The position numbers and the translations under genes were made by a program. This document shows, piece by piece, positions 11,695 to 21,335 of a stretch of 57,578 bases of DNA. Source of the stretch: Reyranella sp. GTDB taxonomy: Bacteria > Pseudomonadota > Alphaproteobacteria > Reyranellales > Reyranellaceae. Each line of letters opens with the position of its first letter. The first letter of the stretch is position 1. The notes under the pieces were generated by a model. The model made no database searches and was not told where the DNA came from. It was given only the letters and a program-made list of their open reading frames with translations. The DNA is taken from contig DASZJU010000219.1 of the NCBI GenBank assembly GCA_035947815.1, positions 1-57,578 on the forward strand, given 5' to 3'.

Positions 11695-12165
11695 TCAGTT
11701 GAGAGTGAGACGCATGATGAGGGCGTCCGCAGGCGGTCCGTCACCGCGGCGGTAATAGGCCGGGCGCCTGCCGATCACCCGAAAGCCCATCGCCTCGTAG
11801 AGCGCCCGCGCCGGGGGATTATCCGCGCCAACTTCAAGGAATAGCGCCCGTGCCCCGGCCTCGCGCACACGATCGATCACCGCCGCCATCAGCCGCCGGC
11901 CCAACCCGCGCCGGCGCTCGGTCGGCCGCACCGCGATCGTCAACAGCTCCGACTCGTCGGCGACGACGCGGCAGAGCGCGATGCCGGCATCCCGGCCTTC
12001 GGCTTGAAGCAACAGGCCCGTGACACCCGCCGCGGCCAGAAGCTCGGCCAGGTCCTGTCTCGTCCAGGCACGCTCGCCCAACGGCACGAAGGACTCGCCG
12101 TGCAACGCCGCGGCACGGTCGAGATCGAGCGCGCCCAAGCGGCACAAGACCAAACCTGTGGCCAT
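11695..12165 (-). CDS. rimI: RimI-like GNAT acetyltransferase
   Basis: ELLTIAV..RRRGLG, LFLEVGADNPPARALYE..GF; downstream of tsaB. Confidence 0.85.
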   Translation of the reverse strand: MATGLVLCRLGALDLDRAAALHGESFVPLGERAWTRQDLAELLAAAGVTGLLLQAEGRDAGIALCRVVADESELLTIAVRPTERRRGLGRRLMAAVIDRVREAGARALFLEVGADNPPARALYEAMGFRVIGRRPAYYRRGDGPPADALIMRLTLN

Positions 12166-12861
12166 TCAATCGACCGTCCGCCGCGCGCCGTCGGGCAGGG
12201 TGATGTTGACGCCCCGCAGATAGAGCGGGCGTGGCAGGCCCTCGCGCGCGTTGCGCGCGCGCCACGCTTCCACGCCTGCATCGGCGGCCAGGCGGGCGAT
12301 GGTGACGGGATCGGGCAAGGCCTCCTCGGCCACCGCGTCGACGCCGGCCGCCACGAGCTGCGGCACGAGCGTTTGCGCCCCCGATCCGATGACGAGGCAC
12401 GACCGGTTGCCCAGACGCAAGGCAAGCTCGGGTGCCGCCGCGACGAAGGGCGACGCCTCGCCACCGCCCTCGCCCGCCGCCTCGCCAATGGCGCAGAACC
12501 AGTCGCCGAGGCGGCTGTCGATGGCGGCAACGACCGTTCGCCCGCGCGGCATGGCTTGCGCCAGCAACACCCGCGTCGTGGCGAGGCCCGCCAGCGGCAC
12601 GCCAAGCCCGACCGCAAGGCCGCGTGCCGCGGCGAGGCCGACGCGCACGCCGGTAAAACTTCCCGGTCCGACCGTGACGGCAATCAGCGACAATTCGCGT
12701 CGGCCGACGCCCGCCTGGCCGAGGACCGCCTCGATGGCGGGCAGCAACCGGGCCGCCTGGTCTCGCCCGTCTTCGGCGATGGCGGCAAGCCGCGTGCCGT
12801 CGCCGACGATGGCGATGCCAAGGCCGCTCACCGCGCAATCAAAGGCCAGGACCAGGCTCAT
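12166..12861 (-). CDS. tsaB: tRNA t6A biosynthesis protein TsaB
   Basis: VLAFDCA, IAVTVGPGSFTGVRVG, PLYLR. Confidence 0.94.
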   Translation of the reverse strand: MSLVLAFDCAVSGLGIAIVGDGTRLAAIAEDGRDQAARLLPAIEAVLGQAGVGRRELSLIAVTVGPGSFTGVRVGLAAARGLAVGLGVPLAGLATTRVLLAQAMPRGRTVVAAIDSRLGDWFCAIGEAAGEGGGEASPFVAAAPELALRLGNRSCLVIGSGAQTLVPQLVAAGVDAVAEEALPDPVTIARLAADAGVEAWRARNAREGLPRPLYLRGVNITLPDGARRTVD

Positions 12862-12918
12862 GGCCGACCGGCCCGCCGAGCGCTGGCGCCGACCCGGTGG
12901 GCTGGGCATTGTTGGATC

Positions 12919-13476
12919 ATGAAACTCGACTTGGTTGAGATCGCCCCGCCCGACTTCAACGTCGACGTGACGCTGGCCTATGCGACCGACGCCAATCTAA
13001 CGGGCCGGCCGGTCTATCGGAATGCCGAATGCTGGCTGCACCGCGAGGCCGCGGAAAAGCTCGGCCAGGCGATCACGCTTGCCCGGCCGCTCGGGCTCAG
13101 GCTGCGCATCTTCGACGCGCTTCGCCCCGTCGAGGCCCAGTGGGCGCTGTGGAACGCCAGGCCCGACCCCGAATTCCTCGCCGATCCGCGCCGCGGTTCG
13201 CCGCATTCGCGCGGCGTGGCGGTCGATCTCACGTTGCTGGACGGTGGCGGGCGGGAACTCGACATGGGCACGACCTTCGATGCTTTCACGCCGCTGTCGC
13301 ACCACGGCCGCACCGACGTTTCAGCCGAGGCGCAGCGCAACCGGCTGCTGCTGATGGGCCTGATGACGGCGGCAGGCTGGGACTTCTACCGCAATGAATG
13401 GTGGCACTATCAGCTCTTCGACGCCCGGCAATATCCGCTGATCAGCGACGCCGACCTCGCCCGGCCGATGATGTAG
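12919..13476 (+). CDS. ddpX: D-alanyl-D-alanine dipeptidase (peptidase M15D)
   Basis: YATDANLTG, FDALRP, SPHSRGVAVDLTL, DMGTTFD, EWWHY. Confidence 0.93.
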   Translation: MKLDLVEIAPPDFNVDVTLAYATDANLTGRPVYRNAECWLHREAAEKLGQAITLARPLGLRLRIFDALRPVEAQWALWNARPDPEFLADPRRGSPHSRGVAVDLTLLDGGGRELDMGTTFDAFTPLSHHGRTDVSAEAQRNRLLLMGLMTAAGWDFYRNEWWHYQLFDARQYPLISDADLARPMM

Positions 13477-13478
13477 CC

Positions 13479-14546
13479 TCAGAAACTCGACAGGCGCGCC
13501 CTGTCGAAGTCGGTCAGCTCGTTCTCGCGCATGATCTGGCGCACGAACCTCACATACTCCTGCCCGAGCTCGGAATAGCGCAGCAGCGAGCCGATCAGAT
13601 TGTAGCCGTTGAGGTTTTCGCCGCGCTCGCGCAGCGCCGCGCGCGCGGCGCGGAAGCCTGCATAAGCGGGATGAGTGTTGAGGTTGGCGATATAGGCGTC
13701 GGTCGCCTCGCCGACATTGGTGAAAGGCTGCGGCGAGCCGGCGCGAATCTGGCCGAACAGGGCGTTGCCGGTGCGGGCCGCGGCCGAGGTTCCCCAACCC
13801 GATTCCACCCCACCCTGGGCGATCGCCATCGAAGGCGGCACGATGTCGACCCGTCGCACCAGCTCGTCGATCCTGTCGACCGGCGTGCCGTAGCGCTCGG
13901 CCAGGTCCTCGAGCCAGATGCGCTCGATGGGCGACATGCCAAACGGAGCCGAAGCCATCTTGTCGCGCAGGTAGAGAAGCTGTTCGCGATCGGCCAGCAC
14001 GCGCTGATTGACCTCGAGCACCAGCGGCAGGACGGCGGTGATGAACAGCGCCTTGCGCTCGTTGCCGTCCTTGTTAACGAGGTCGGCGGGCACACGCTCG
14101 ACCTTGATCGGCGGAACGGCCTCGCCCTGGCGGATATCGGTCAGGATATAGGCGACGTCGCGGAAGAAGCCGGCGAGTTCGTCGGCGGTTCGCGGGCTGA
14201 TCTGGCGAAGCTGGACCTGGCGGCGAATGGCGTTGCCGGGGGCCGCGAAGCGGCCATGGCCCCAGGACGGCTCGCGTAGCGGATGATGGAAGATGTCGTC
14301 AGGCTCACTCGCATCGTGGCGCACGAAGGTGAGGGAGTCCGGCTCGGCATTCATGGCGAGGAACGCCGGCTGTCCCAGCGACGTGGCATTCGGCACGCCG
14401 ATCGGTGCGAAGGACAGGTACGGCGCGACATCGAGCGACGGCAACGGCTCGCTGAGACCTACCCCCGTTGCGAATACGGCCACCCAAACGGCCGGAAACG
14501 CGTAGTGGCGCCCGCGCTCGACCGCGGGCCAAATCGACAACTGCAT
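13479..14546 (-). CDS. Bax-like glucosaminidase-domain (GH73-type) protein
   Basis: RKALFI..LPLV, VDIVPPSMAIAQGGVESGWGTS..A..GNALFG, YIANLNTHPAY, YSELGQEY. Confidence 0.85.
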   Translation of the reverse strand: MQLSIWPAVERGRHYAFPAVWVAVFATGVGLSEPLPSLDVAPYLSFAPIGVPNATSLGQPAFLAMNAEPDSLTFVRHDASEPDDIFHHPLREPSWGHGRFAAPGNAIRRQVQLRQISPRTADELAGFFRDVAYILTDIRQGEAVPPIKVERVPADLVNKDGNERKALFITAVLPLVLEVNQRVLADREQLLYLRDKMASAPFGMSPIERIWLEDLAERYGTPVDRIDELVRRVDIVPPSMAIAQGGVESGWGTSAAARTGNALFGQIRAGSPQPFTNVGEATDAYIANLNTHPAYAGFRAARAALRERGENLNGYNLIGSLLRYSELGQEYVRFVRQIMRENELTDFDRARLSSF

Positions 14547-14650
14547 CCCACACCCTCGTTTCAGTTGGGTCGCGCAAACGACCCCTCGCACACGGTCCCC
14601 CCGCGGACCGCGACGCTGCAACTACGCTGTACGCTTGATTGGCGAGCGGC

Positions 14651-15199
14651 CTACTGGGCCGCCTGCACTTCCAACACTTCCGGCACGTAGTGCTTCAGAA
14701 GATTCTCGATGCCCATCTTGAGCGTGGCGGTCGAACTCGGGCAGCCCGAGCATGAACCCTGCATGTGCAGGTAGACCACGCCATCGCGGAAGTCCTGGAA
14801 TATGATATCGCCGCCGTCCTGCGCCACGGCTGGACGAACGCGCGTATCGAGCAGTTCCTTGATCTGGGCGACGACTTCGTCGTCGTCCGCCGCGGCGGCG
14901 CCCGCCTCGGCAGTGTCGGCGACGACGGGGTCGCCCGACGTGTAATGTTCCATGATGCCGCCCAGAATCGACGGCTTGAGAACCTGCCAATCCCGATCGG
15001 CCGCCTTGGTGACGGTGACGAAGTCGGACCCGAAAAACACACGCTCCACGCCTTCGACCGCAAACAGCCTTTTGGCCAGCGGCGACGGGACAGCAGCTTC
15101 CGCGGTCGCAAAATCCATGGTCCCTTTCTCCATGACCACGCGGCCGGGGAGAAATTTCAGGGTCGACGGATTGGGCGTCTGCTCGGTCTGGATAAACAA
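14651..15199 (-). CDS. NifU/Nfu-family Fe-S cluster carrier
   Basis: MFIQTEQTPNP (TTG start with GGAGG), RVRPAVAQDGGDI, GSCSGCPSS. Confidence 0.95.
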   Translation of the reverse strand: MFIQTEQTPNPSTLKFLPGRVVMEKGTMDFATAEAAVPSPLAKRLFAVEGVERVFFGSDFVTVTKAADRDWQVLKPSILGGIMEHYTSGDPVVADTAEAGAAAADDDEVVAQIKELLDTRVRPAVAQDGGDIIFQDFRDGVVYLHMQGSCSGCPSSTATLKMGIENLLKHYVPEVLEVQAAQ

Positions 15200-15489
15200 A
15201 CCTACCTCCGTGTCGAATGCCTCGCGGGGGTCCGCTCGGCATCGCTCAGGCTGGGGACGGGACGTCTCCACCCCCACTCGATGGCCGTTGACGTAGGAAC
15301 CGGCGCAAGGGCGATCAAGTTGATTCTCAACAGCCTCTCAATGAATATTATGGCATATAATGTTATTACTGTTTAATTATAAATGCTTAGATAACAATGA
15401 CATATCGGTGATCAAATCTGCATGGCGGTCACAAAGCCCGAATCGCCACATCGCCGCCGAAAAATCGTCGCATCAACTTCGCTCACGCC

Positions 15490-15975
15490 TCATGAGATTG
15501 CGTCGATCTCCGCTTCGGTGAGGACGCCTGGAACGATGGTCAGCGGGATACGAAGCTGACTGCCGAGCTTGCCGGAAAACGCCGTGACCAGCGGCCCCGG
15601 CCCCTCGCTGCTCGAGGAGCTTCCCAGCACGAGAACGGATATCGAGCGATCCTCGGTCAGCAGCTTGATCAGCTCGTCGCGGCTCTTGCCTTCACGGATA
15701 TGGATGGCGGGCGGCTGTCCGGTCAACGACGCGGCGGTGTCGGCGTGCCGGGCGATCACCTCCTCGGCCTGCTGGCGAGCCTCCTGGCGCATCAGGTCGA
15801 CGACCCCGCCCCAGTGCGTGCCCTCCGGCGGGTCCATGACATAGAGCAGGGCGACACGGCCGCCCGTTCGCTTGGCGCGCCGGCAGGCATAGCGCAGCGC
15901 TTTCTGCATCTCCGGGCTTTCGTCGACGACGACCAGGAAGACGCGCTCACCGGTTCGGCTGGGCTGTTCGCTCAT
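15490..15975 (-). CDS. Universal stress protein
   Basis: FLVVVDESPE..ALRYA, LVLGS, GPGPLV, IPLTIVPG. Confidence 0.9.
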   Translation of the reverse strand: MSEQPSRTGERVFLVVVDESPEMQKALRYACRRAKRTGGRVALLYVMDPPEGTHWGGVVDLMRQEARQQAEEVIARHADTAASLTGQPPAIHIREGKSRDELIKLLTEDRSISVLVLGSSSSSEGPGPLVTAFSGKLGSQLRIPLTIVPGVLTEAEIDAIS

Positions 15976-16007
15976 GATCCGTCCTCCCTTCTGTTCTGCC
16001 ACGCCGC

Positions 16008-16865
16008 CTAGAGGCGCCGCATGATGGCGCCGCCCAGCCAGCCGGCCGTGAGCGCCAAAAGGATCGCGCCCAGCCCGTAAAGTGGGCCCTCATTGACCGC
16101 CCAGCCGGCAAGCTGGGCGCTGAACCCCTCCTTGGCCACCGGCAGCGGTCGCGACACCGCCGCGACGATCTTGCCGTCGCGCAAGAGGTATGTCCGGACC
16201 TCGTAGACGCCCTCCGGCAGGCGCGAGGGGAACGGCAGATCGACACGGAACAACCGGCCGGCCTGGATGGTGACCTGCCCGATGTCGGCAGGATAAAGAC
16301 CTTCGCGCCGCTTTACCTCGACCAGACCCAGGCGGAATTTGATGAGATCCTGGTGCTCGCGCTGGCCGACCGAGCGCACGGACTGCAGCCGATCCTCCAG
16401 CGACAGGATCTCGCCGCCGGCGCCGCGGGCAAGCAGGCGCTGCAGGGGCTGGCTGGCGGCGATGGCGTAATAGGCGGGCACGTCGTCGAAGGCCTGGCGG
16501 CCGGTGTTGAGCCACAGGCCGAGGAAACGCTGCTTGCGCAGCACCGTCTCGCGACCGGCCGGCCCGGCCACGACCACGACGATCTCGCCCGGCGGGTCGA
16601 ACATGCCGAACAGCAGGATGCTCTCGCCCTGGAACGCCGAGGTGATCGAGACGCGAGCAAGCGACAGGTCGACGACCAGATCGGGCGTTGGCGCCTCGGC
16701 GGGCACCGAGGGCGGCACGGTGGAATCGACCGGCCCGCCGATGGTCGGCCCGACCAGGGCGCCGGCCGGCGGAGGCTCCACCCGCGGGCCCTGCGCCGCG
16801 GCGCTCGAGGCGAGAAAGAGGGCAACCGCCAGGGCCGGCATCAGGAGCTGCGCCAGGCGCGTCAC
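16008..16865 (-). CDS. TIGR02186-family membrane protein
   Basis: Signal peptide, ITSAFQGESILLFG, GLWLN, C-terminal TM; typical partner of the upstream TauE gene. Confidence 0.8.
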   Translation of the reverse strand: MTRLAQLLMPALAVALFLASSAAAQGPRVEPPPAGALVGPTIGGPVDSTVPPSVPAEAPTPDLVVDLSLARVSITSAFQGESILLFGMFDPPGEIVVVVAGPAGRETVLRKQRFLGLWLNTGRQAFDDVPAYYAIAASQPLQRLLARGAGGEILSLEDRLQSVRSVGQREHQDLIKFRLGLVEVKRREGLYPADIGQVTIQAGRLFRVDLPFPSRLPEGVYEVRTYLLRDGKIVAAVSRPLPVAKEGFSAQLAGWAVNEGPLYGLGAILLALTAGWLGGAIMRRL

Positions 16866-17788
16866 GGCATCATCTCGCGGGTTCCCAGCGAATACAGCGA
16901 GCTCGGCGTGCGCAGCAGCTCGGTCAAGAGCTCGGTCGCGACGGCCAGGATCAGGATCGACATCAGGCCGCGCAGGACCACGCCCGGCAGCTTGGCGGCC
17001 AGCCGCGCGCCGACTGGCGCGCCGACCACGCCGCCCAGGATCAGCAGCAAGGCCAGCACGATATCGACCGTGCCGTTGGTCGCGGCCTGGAGGAAGGTGA
17101 CGTTGGCCGCCACGAACAGGATCTGGAAATTCGACGTGCCGATCACCACCGCCGTCGGCATGCCGAGGATGTAGATCATGGCCGGGACCAGGACGAAGCC
17201 GCCGCCGACGCCCAGGATCGCCGACAACACGCCGATGATGAAGCCGATGCCGATCGGCAGCAGGGCGCTGATGTAGAGCTTCGATTTGTAGAAGCGCAGC
17301 TTCAGCGGCAGGCGGTGCACCAGATAGTGGGTATGCAGCTTGCCGCGCGGCGCTTGCGGATTGCGCCGCCGCCTGACGTAGGTGCGCAGGCTTTCGACCA
17401 GCATCAGGACGCCGATCGCCGACAGCATGACGACATAGGCGACGGCAATGACGAAGTCGACCTGGCCGATCCGCTTGAGGTAGGTGAACAGCCAGACGCC
17501 CGCCGTCGAGCCGAACAGCCCGCCCAGCAGCAGGATAAGCCCCATCCGCAAATCGACGTTGCCGCGCCGCAACTGGACCTGCAGCGACGACACCGAGTTG
17601 GCGACCACCTGGTTGGCCTGGCTAGCGACCGCCACCGCGGGGGGAATGCCGACGAAAATCAGCAGCGGCGTGGCGAGGAAGCCGCCGCCGACGCCGAACA
17701 TGCCGGCGAGCAGGCCGGCGGCGGCACCCAGTCCCAGCAGCACGAACACGTTCATCGACTGCTCGGCGATAGGTAGATAGATCTCCAC
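16862..17788 (-). CDS. TauE/SafE sulfite exporter family protein
   Basis: YLPIAE, GMFGVGGGFLATP, GVGGGFVLVPAM, multiple TM. Confidence 0.92.
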   Translation of the reverse strand: MEIYLPIAEQSMNVFVLLGLGAAAGLLAGMFGVGGGFLATPLLIFVGIPPAVAVASQANQVVANSVSSLQVQLRRGNVDLRMGLILLLGGLFGSTAGVWLFTYLKRIGQVDFVIAVAYVVMLSAIGVLMLVESLRTYVRRRRNPQAPRGKLHTHYLVHRLPLKLRFYKSKLYISALLPIGIGFIIGVLSAILGVGGGFVLVPAMIYILGMPTAVVIGTSNFQILFVAANVTFLQAATNGTVDIVLALLLILGGVVGAPVGARLAAKLPGVVLRGLMSILILAVATELLTELLRTPSSLYSLGTREMMP

Positions 17789-17797
17789 CGCGACGGC

Positions 17798-18832
17798 CTA
17801 TTTCAGCAGAATGCTGGTGAGCTCGCGCAGTTGGGTGCGCGCCCGCAACAGGTAGAAACCCTGCGCGGCGAGATGGTTGGGGATCAACAACCCGTCGGGA
17901 TAGCCGTTCCACACGATCAAGGGGTGGAGCTGGGCGGCGATACGGAACGTCTCCACCGTGCCGTTCCAGGCGTTCGTCAGTCCCTTTTCGCGGATGATAC
18001 CCTCGAAGTCGGCGCCCAGCTCGCGCATCAGCAGGTAGTTGGCGTAGAGCCGGCCCTTGTTGAAATAGAAGATATCGTCGACCCTGGTGTCGAACAAATC
18101 TCCGGCTTGTTCGATGATGTGCTGGTCGATGACCGCCGAGTCCGAGCCGTGGTCGTTGGCGATGCGATCAAGGAGAGCCTGCAGGTTGTCGGCACGGCGC
18201 TCGAACACCGCCTGGCCGGCGGCCAGCCGCTTGTTGTAGGCGATCAGCCTGTCGCGGCCGGCGCGATACTTCTGTGCCGAGGTGGTCGACGGCCATATCG
18301 ACACGCTGGGCTGCCAGATCCAGATGTTGGGCTGCTCGTTCAGGAAGCCGCGCGCCTGTTCGAGATCGCGGTCGGTCTGGCTCGAGCCGCGCGTGCGCCC
18401 GACCTGGTCCATCAGCTCGGTGCTGAAGCGGCCCAGCGCCGCCATGATGCCGCGCTGGAAGTTGGGCATGTTGTCGAGGATGCCGGCCGGCGTGAAGAAC
18501 GGCATCATCGGCGTCCAGGTATGGACGTCGACTTCACGGGTGACCAAGTCAGCGGCTGTGGCGACCGCCCGGCTTTCGCCTGGCGTCTCGTTGCGCGCAG
18601 CGAACTGCGGGTCGTCATCGATATTCTCGACGATCAGCGCGCCCACCGGATAGTAAAGCAGCACGACCAGCACGACGGCCCACGCCCCCCAGCGCCACAG
18701 CCGGCGCCGGCCAGTCGACGGTGCAGCTGGCTTCGCTGGCACCGGACGAGCCGATCGCACGCGCTCCCAAGCCCGACGCCACCAGGAAGGTGCCGCTGCG
18801 GACGACACGCCGTGGTCCGGTTCGAATGTCAT
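17798..18832 (-). CDS. DUF2333-family membrane-anchored protein
   Basis: One TM, LDNMPNFQRG, GRTRGSSQTDRDL, RADNL, DDIFY. Confidence 0.8.
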   Translation of the reverse strand: MTFEPDHGVSSAAAPSWWRRAWERVRSARPVPAKPAAPSTGRRRLWRWGAWAVVLVVLLYYPVGALIVENIDDDPQFAARNETPGESRAVATAADLVTREVDVHTWTPMMPFFTPAGILDNMPNFQRGIMAALGRFSTELMDQVGRTRGSSQTDRDLEQARGFLNEQPNIWIWQPSVSIWPSTTSAQKYRAGRDRLIAYNKRLAAGQAVFERRADNLQALLDRIANDHGSDSAVIDQHIIEQAGDLFDTRVDDIFYFNKGRLYANYLLMRELGADFEGIIREKGLTNAWNGTVETFRIAAQLHPLIVWNGYPDGLLIPNHLAAQGFYLLRARTQLRELTSILLK

Positions 18833-18926
18833 GGCGCACCTTAGCATTCGTCTCGTGACGAAACAGGGGCACGGGCTGCTAGAGTGCAGTGTCTGTCGGT
18901 GAATGGCGTTGAATGGAGCTGGAGGA

Positions 18927-19880
18927 ATGGCACTCGATCCCGAATCGCAGCGATTGATCGACCTGATGGCGGCAGCCGACCGCCCGGCCTGGAATACGCT
19001 CAGCCCCAAGGCGGCGCGCGAGCTCTATCTGTCGCTGCGCCCCGGTGCCCAGGGTCCGCTGCCGGCCGGCGTGACGGTGGTCGACCGCACCATTCCCGGT
19101 CCCGCCGGGGAGCTGGCGGTGCGAATCTATCGGCCGGCGTCGGCGGCGGCCGATGCCAAGCTTCCGGCGCTCGTGTACGCCCATGGCGGCGGCTGGGTGT
19201 TCGGCAATCTCGACAGTCACGACGTCCTCTGTGCCCAGCTCGCGCTGGAAGCCGGCATCGCCGTGTTTGCCATCGATTATCGCCTGGCGCCCGAGGCGCG
19301 CTTCCCGGGAGCCCTCGACGACGTGGTGGCGGGGCTGAAGTGGGCGGCAGACAACGGCGCGTCAGTCGGCGTCGATCCCGCCCGGCTGGCCATCGGCGGC
19401 GACAGCGCCGGCGGCAACCTGGCGGCGGCGGCCTCGATCTGGGCGCGCGACAATGGCGGACCCAAGCTGCACCTGCAGCTTCTCGCCTATCCCGTGACCG
19501 ACGCCGTAGCGCGCGCCGAGTCCTATCGCCGCTATGAGGATGGCTACGGACTGAATGCCGCGACCATGGAATGGTTCTTCGACCACTACACGCCGGACAA
19601 GGGCGCGCGCGGCGACTGGCGCGTCTCACCGCTGCGCGCCGCTTCGCTCGCCGGCCTGCCGTCGGCCCTCGTGGTCACCGCCGGCTACGATCCGCTGCGC
19701 GACGAAGGCCGCGCCTACGCCTTCCGCCTGCAACAGGAAGGCACCCTGGCCGACCTCGTTGAGTTCGGCGGCATGCTGCATGGCTTCCTGAGCTCGCCGA
19801 TGCTGCTGCACGGCGCCCGCCGCGGCACGACGCTCTGCGCCGCTGCGCTACGCGAAGCGCTGGTGCAGCGCGCCCAGTGA
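18927..19880 (+). CDS. HSL-family esterase/lipase (alpha/beta hydrolase)
   Basis: HGGGW, DYRLAPE, GDSAGG, DPLRDEG, HGF; GGAGG RBS. Confidence 0.94.
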   Translation: MALDPESQRLIDLMAAADRPAWNTLSPKAARELYLSLRPGAQGPLPAGVTVVDRTIPGPAGELAVRIYRPASAAADAKLPALVYAHGGGWVFGNLDSHDVLCAQLALEAGIAVFAIDYRLAPEARFPGALDDVVAGLKWAADNGASVGVDPARLAIGGDSAGGNLAAAASIWARDNGGPKLHLQLLAYPVTDAVARAESYRRYEDGYGLNAATMEWFFDHYTPDKGARGDWRVSPLRAASLAGLPSALVVTAGYDPLRDEGRAYAFRLQQEGTLADLVEFGGMLHGFLSSPMLLHGARRGTTLCAAALREALVQRAQ

Positions 19881-20998
19881 CGACCGCATCACGCGGCGCC
19901 GTGCCCGTCGGCATGGCGCTCCCCGGCCTGGTCATCGCTTTCGGCATGATGGGCGACACGCTGCTCTACGCCGTGCTGCCGCTCTACCACGAGCAGTTTG
20001 GCCTGAGCCTCGCCATGGTCGGCGTGCTGCTGTCGCTCAACCGATGGATCCGCCTGCTGGCCAATTCCGGCGTGGCGGCAATCGGCGAAAAGGTCGGGCC
20101 GCATACGCTGATGGTCGCGGCCGCCATCGGAGCGGCCGTCTCCACGACGGTCTATGGCTTGATCGAGAACGCCGCCGTCCAGGTCGCGGCCCGCATGCTG
20201 TGGGGCATTTCCTATGCCTCGCTCAATCTCGCGACCCTGGCCTATGCGGTGAGCGACCGGTCCAACGCCGGCAAGAGGGTCGGCGCGAGCCGGGCCGCGA
20301 TCGGCATGGTGCAGGCGGTGTCCCTGGTAGTTGGCGCCCTGATCGTCCTGCAGTTGGGCCCGCGCTCGGTCTTCGTGATCTACGGCGGGCTGACGCTGGT
20401 CGCGCTCGGCGCCGCCCTGCTGCTGCCCCGCCTGCCGCCGGAGCCCATGGCGAAGAAGGGCTTTCGTCTGCCCGTCCCGCATCGCCTCGAGATCTGGGGC
20501 TTCGTCATGGGCTTCTCGGGCGATGGCGTGTTCCTGCTGACCCTGGCCTTCCTGATGAAGGACTCGATCACCTCGGTGGCGCCGGTGCTGGCGACGGCCA
20601 TGCTCTTGGCGCTGCGCTGGCTGGTCGAGATCACCACCGGGCCGATCGCCGGCTGGGTCGGCGATCGCTTCGGCGCCAGGCGTATCTCGATGGCGAACGG
20701 CGCCCTGCTGGTTGCGGGCTTCGGGCTGATCGCGCTCGATCACGAGGTGCTGGGCGCCCTGATGGTCGTCATGACCCGCGGCATGTTCAACACGCTGATT
20801 CCCGTGCTGGTGATCGAGCGCGGCCACGCCAGCGTCCTGTCCTCGCAGGCGAGCTATTCGACCTGGCGCGATTTCGGCGCCGCCGTCGGGCCGCTCAGCG
20901 CGCCATGGCTGTTCCTCAACGTGGCGCAGGGGCCGCTCTACGCGGCACTGGCGGCCGCGCTCGGCATCGGTGCCTATTTCTGCCTGGTCCGGCGCTAA
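19877..20998 (+). CDS. MFS transporter
   Basis: About 12 hydrophobic segments, GWVGDRFGARR loop motif. Confidence 0.87.
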   Translation: MTTASRGAVPVGMALPGLVIAFGMMGDTLLYAVLPLYHEQFGLSLAMVGVLLSLNRWIRLLANSGVAAIGEKVGPHTLMVAAAIGAAVSTTVYGLIENAAVQVAARMLWGISYASLNLATLAYAVSDRSNAGKRVGASRAAIGMVQAVSLVVGALIVLQLGPRSVFVIYGGLTLVALGAALLLPRLPPEPMAKKGFRLPVPHRLEIWGFVMGFSGDGVFLLTLAFLMKDSITSVAPVLATAMLLALRWLVEITTGPIAGWVGDRFGARRISMANGALLVAGFGLIALDHEVLGALMVVMTRGMFNTLIPVLVIERGHASVLSSQASYSTWRDFGAAVGPLSAPWLFLNVAQGPLYAALAAALGIGAYFCLVRR

Positions 20999-20999
20999 T

Positions 21000-21076
21000 T
21001 GTCATCCTGAGCGAAGCGAAGGAGCTCATGCCCGTGGCAAGCGGCGATGAGATCCTTCGCTGCGCTCAGGATGACA
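21000..21076. repeat. TGTCATCC...GGATGACA palindromic REP/MITE-like element, copy 1
   Basis: TGTCATCCTGAGCGAAGCGAAGGA ... TCCTTCGCTGCGCTCAGGATGACA inverted arms. Confidence 0.88.
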
Positions 21077-21078
21077 CG

Positions 21079-21264
21079 CTAGGAGGCCCGTGACTCGCGT
21101 CTTAGCGGAAGACATCCTTGCGGTGACTTTGCCGCCTCGGCCAGCACCGGCCAGGCCACGGCCGGATCGACGACGCCGACGGCGCCGCTCTGGGATTCGC
21201 GCATCAACCACACGTAATTGTCGTTGAGGACGGGGATTCGGACGATGTCTAGGGTTGTGCTCAT
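21079..21264 (-). pseudogene. gloB: Truncated hydroxyacylglutathione hydrolase (glyoxalase II), first ~46 codons only
   Basis: MSTTLDIVRIPVLNDNYVWLMRE..GAVGVVDPA..PVLAEAAK, then unrelated sequence and a stop before the THHHxDH motif; divergent from a yafS-like methyltransferase as in the canonical locus. Confidence 0.85.
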
Positions 21265-21335
21265 GATGCAACGCTGGCAAAGCTCCCTTGCGCCCGCCAT
21301 GGCCGTAAGGGCGCAGTTTCTGCTAATATCGCCCT

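Noticed and set aside
12919-13476. ddpX/vanX together with dpgC as a glycopeptide resistance or biosynthesis locus
   Set aside because: 30 kb apart; no vanHA, vanRS or NRPS; DdpX is a common housekeeping dipeptidase
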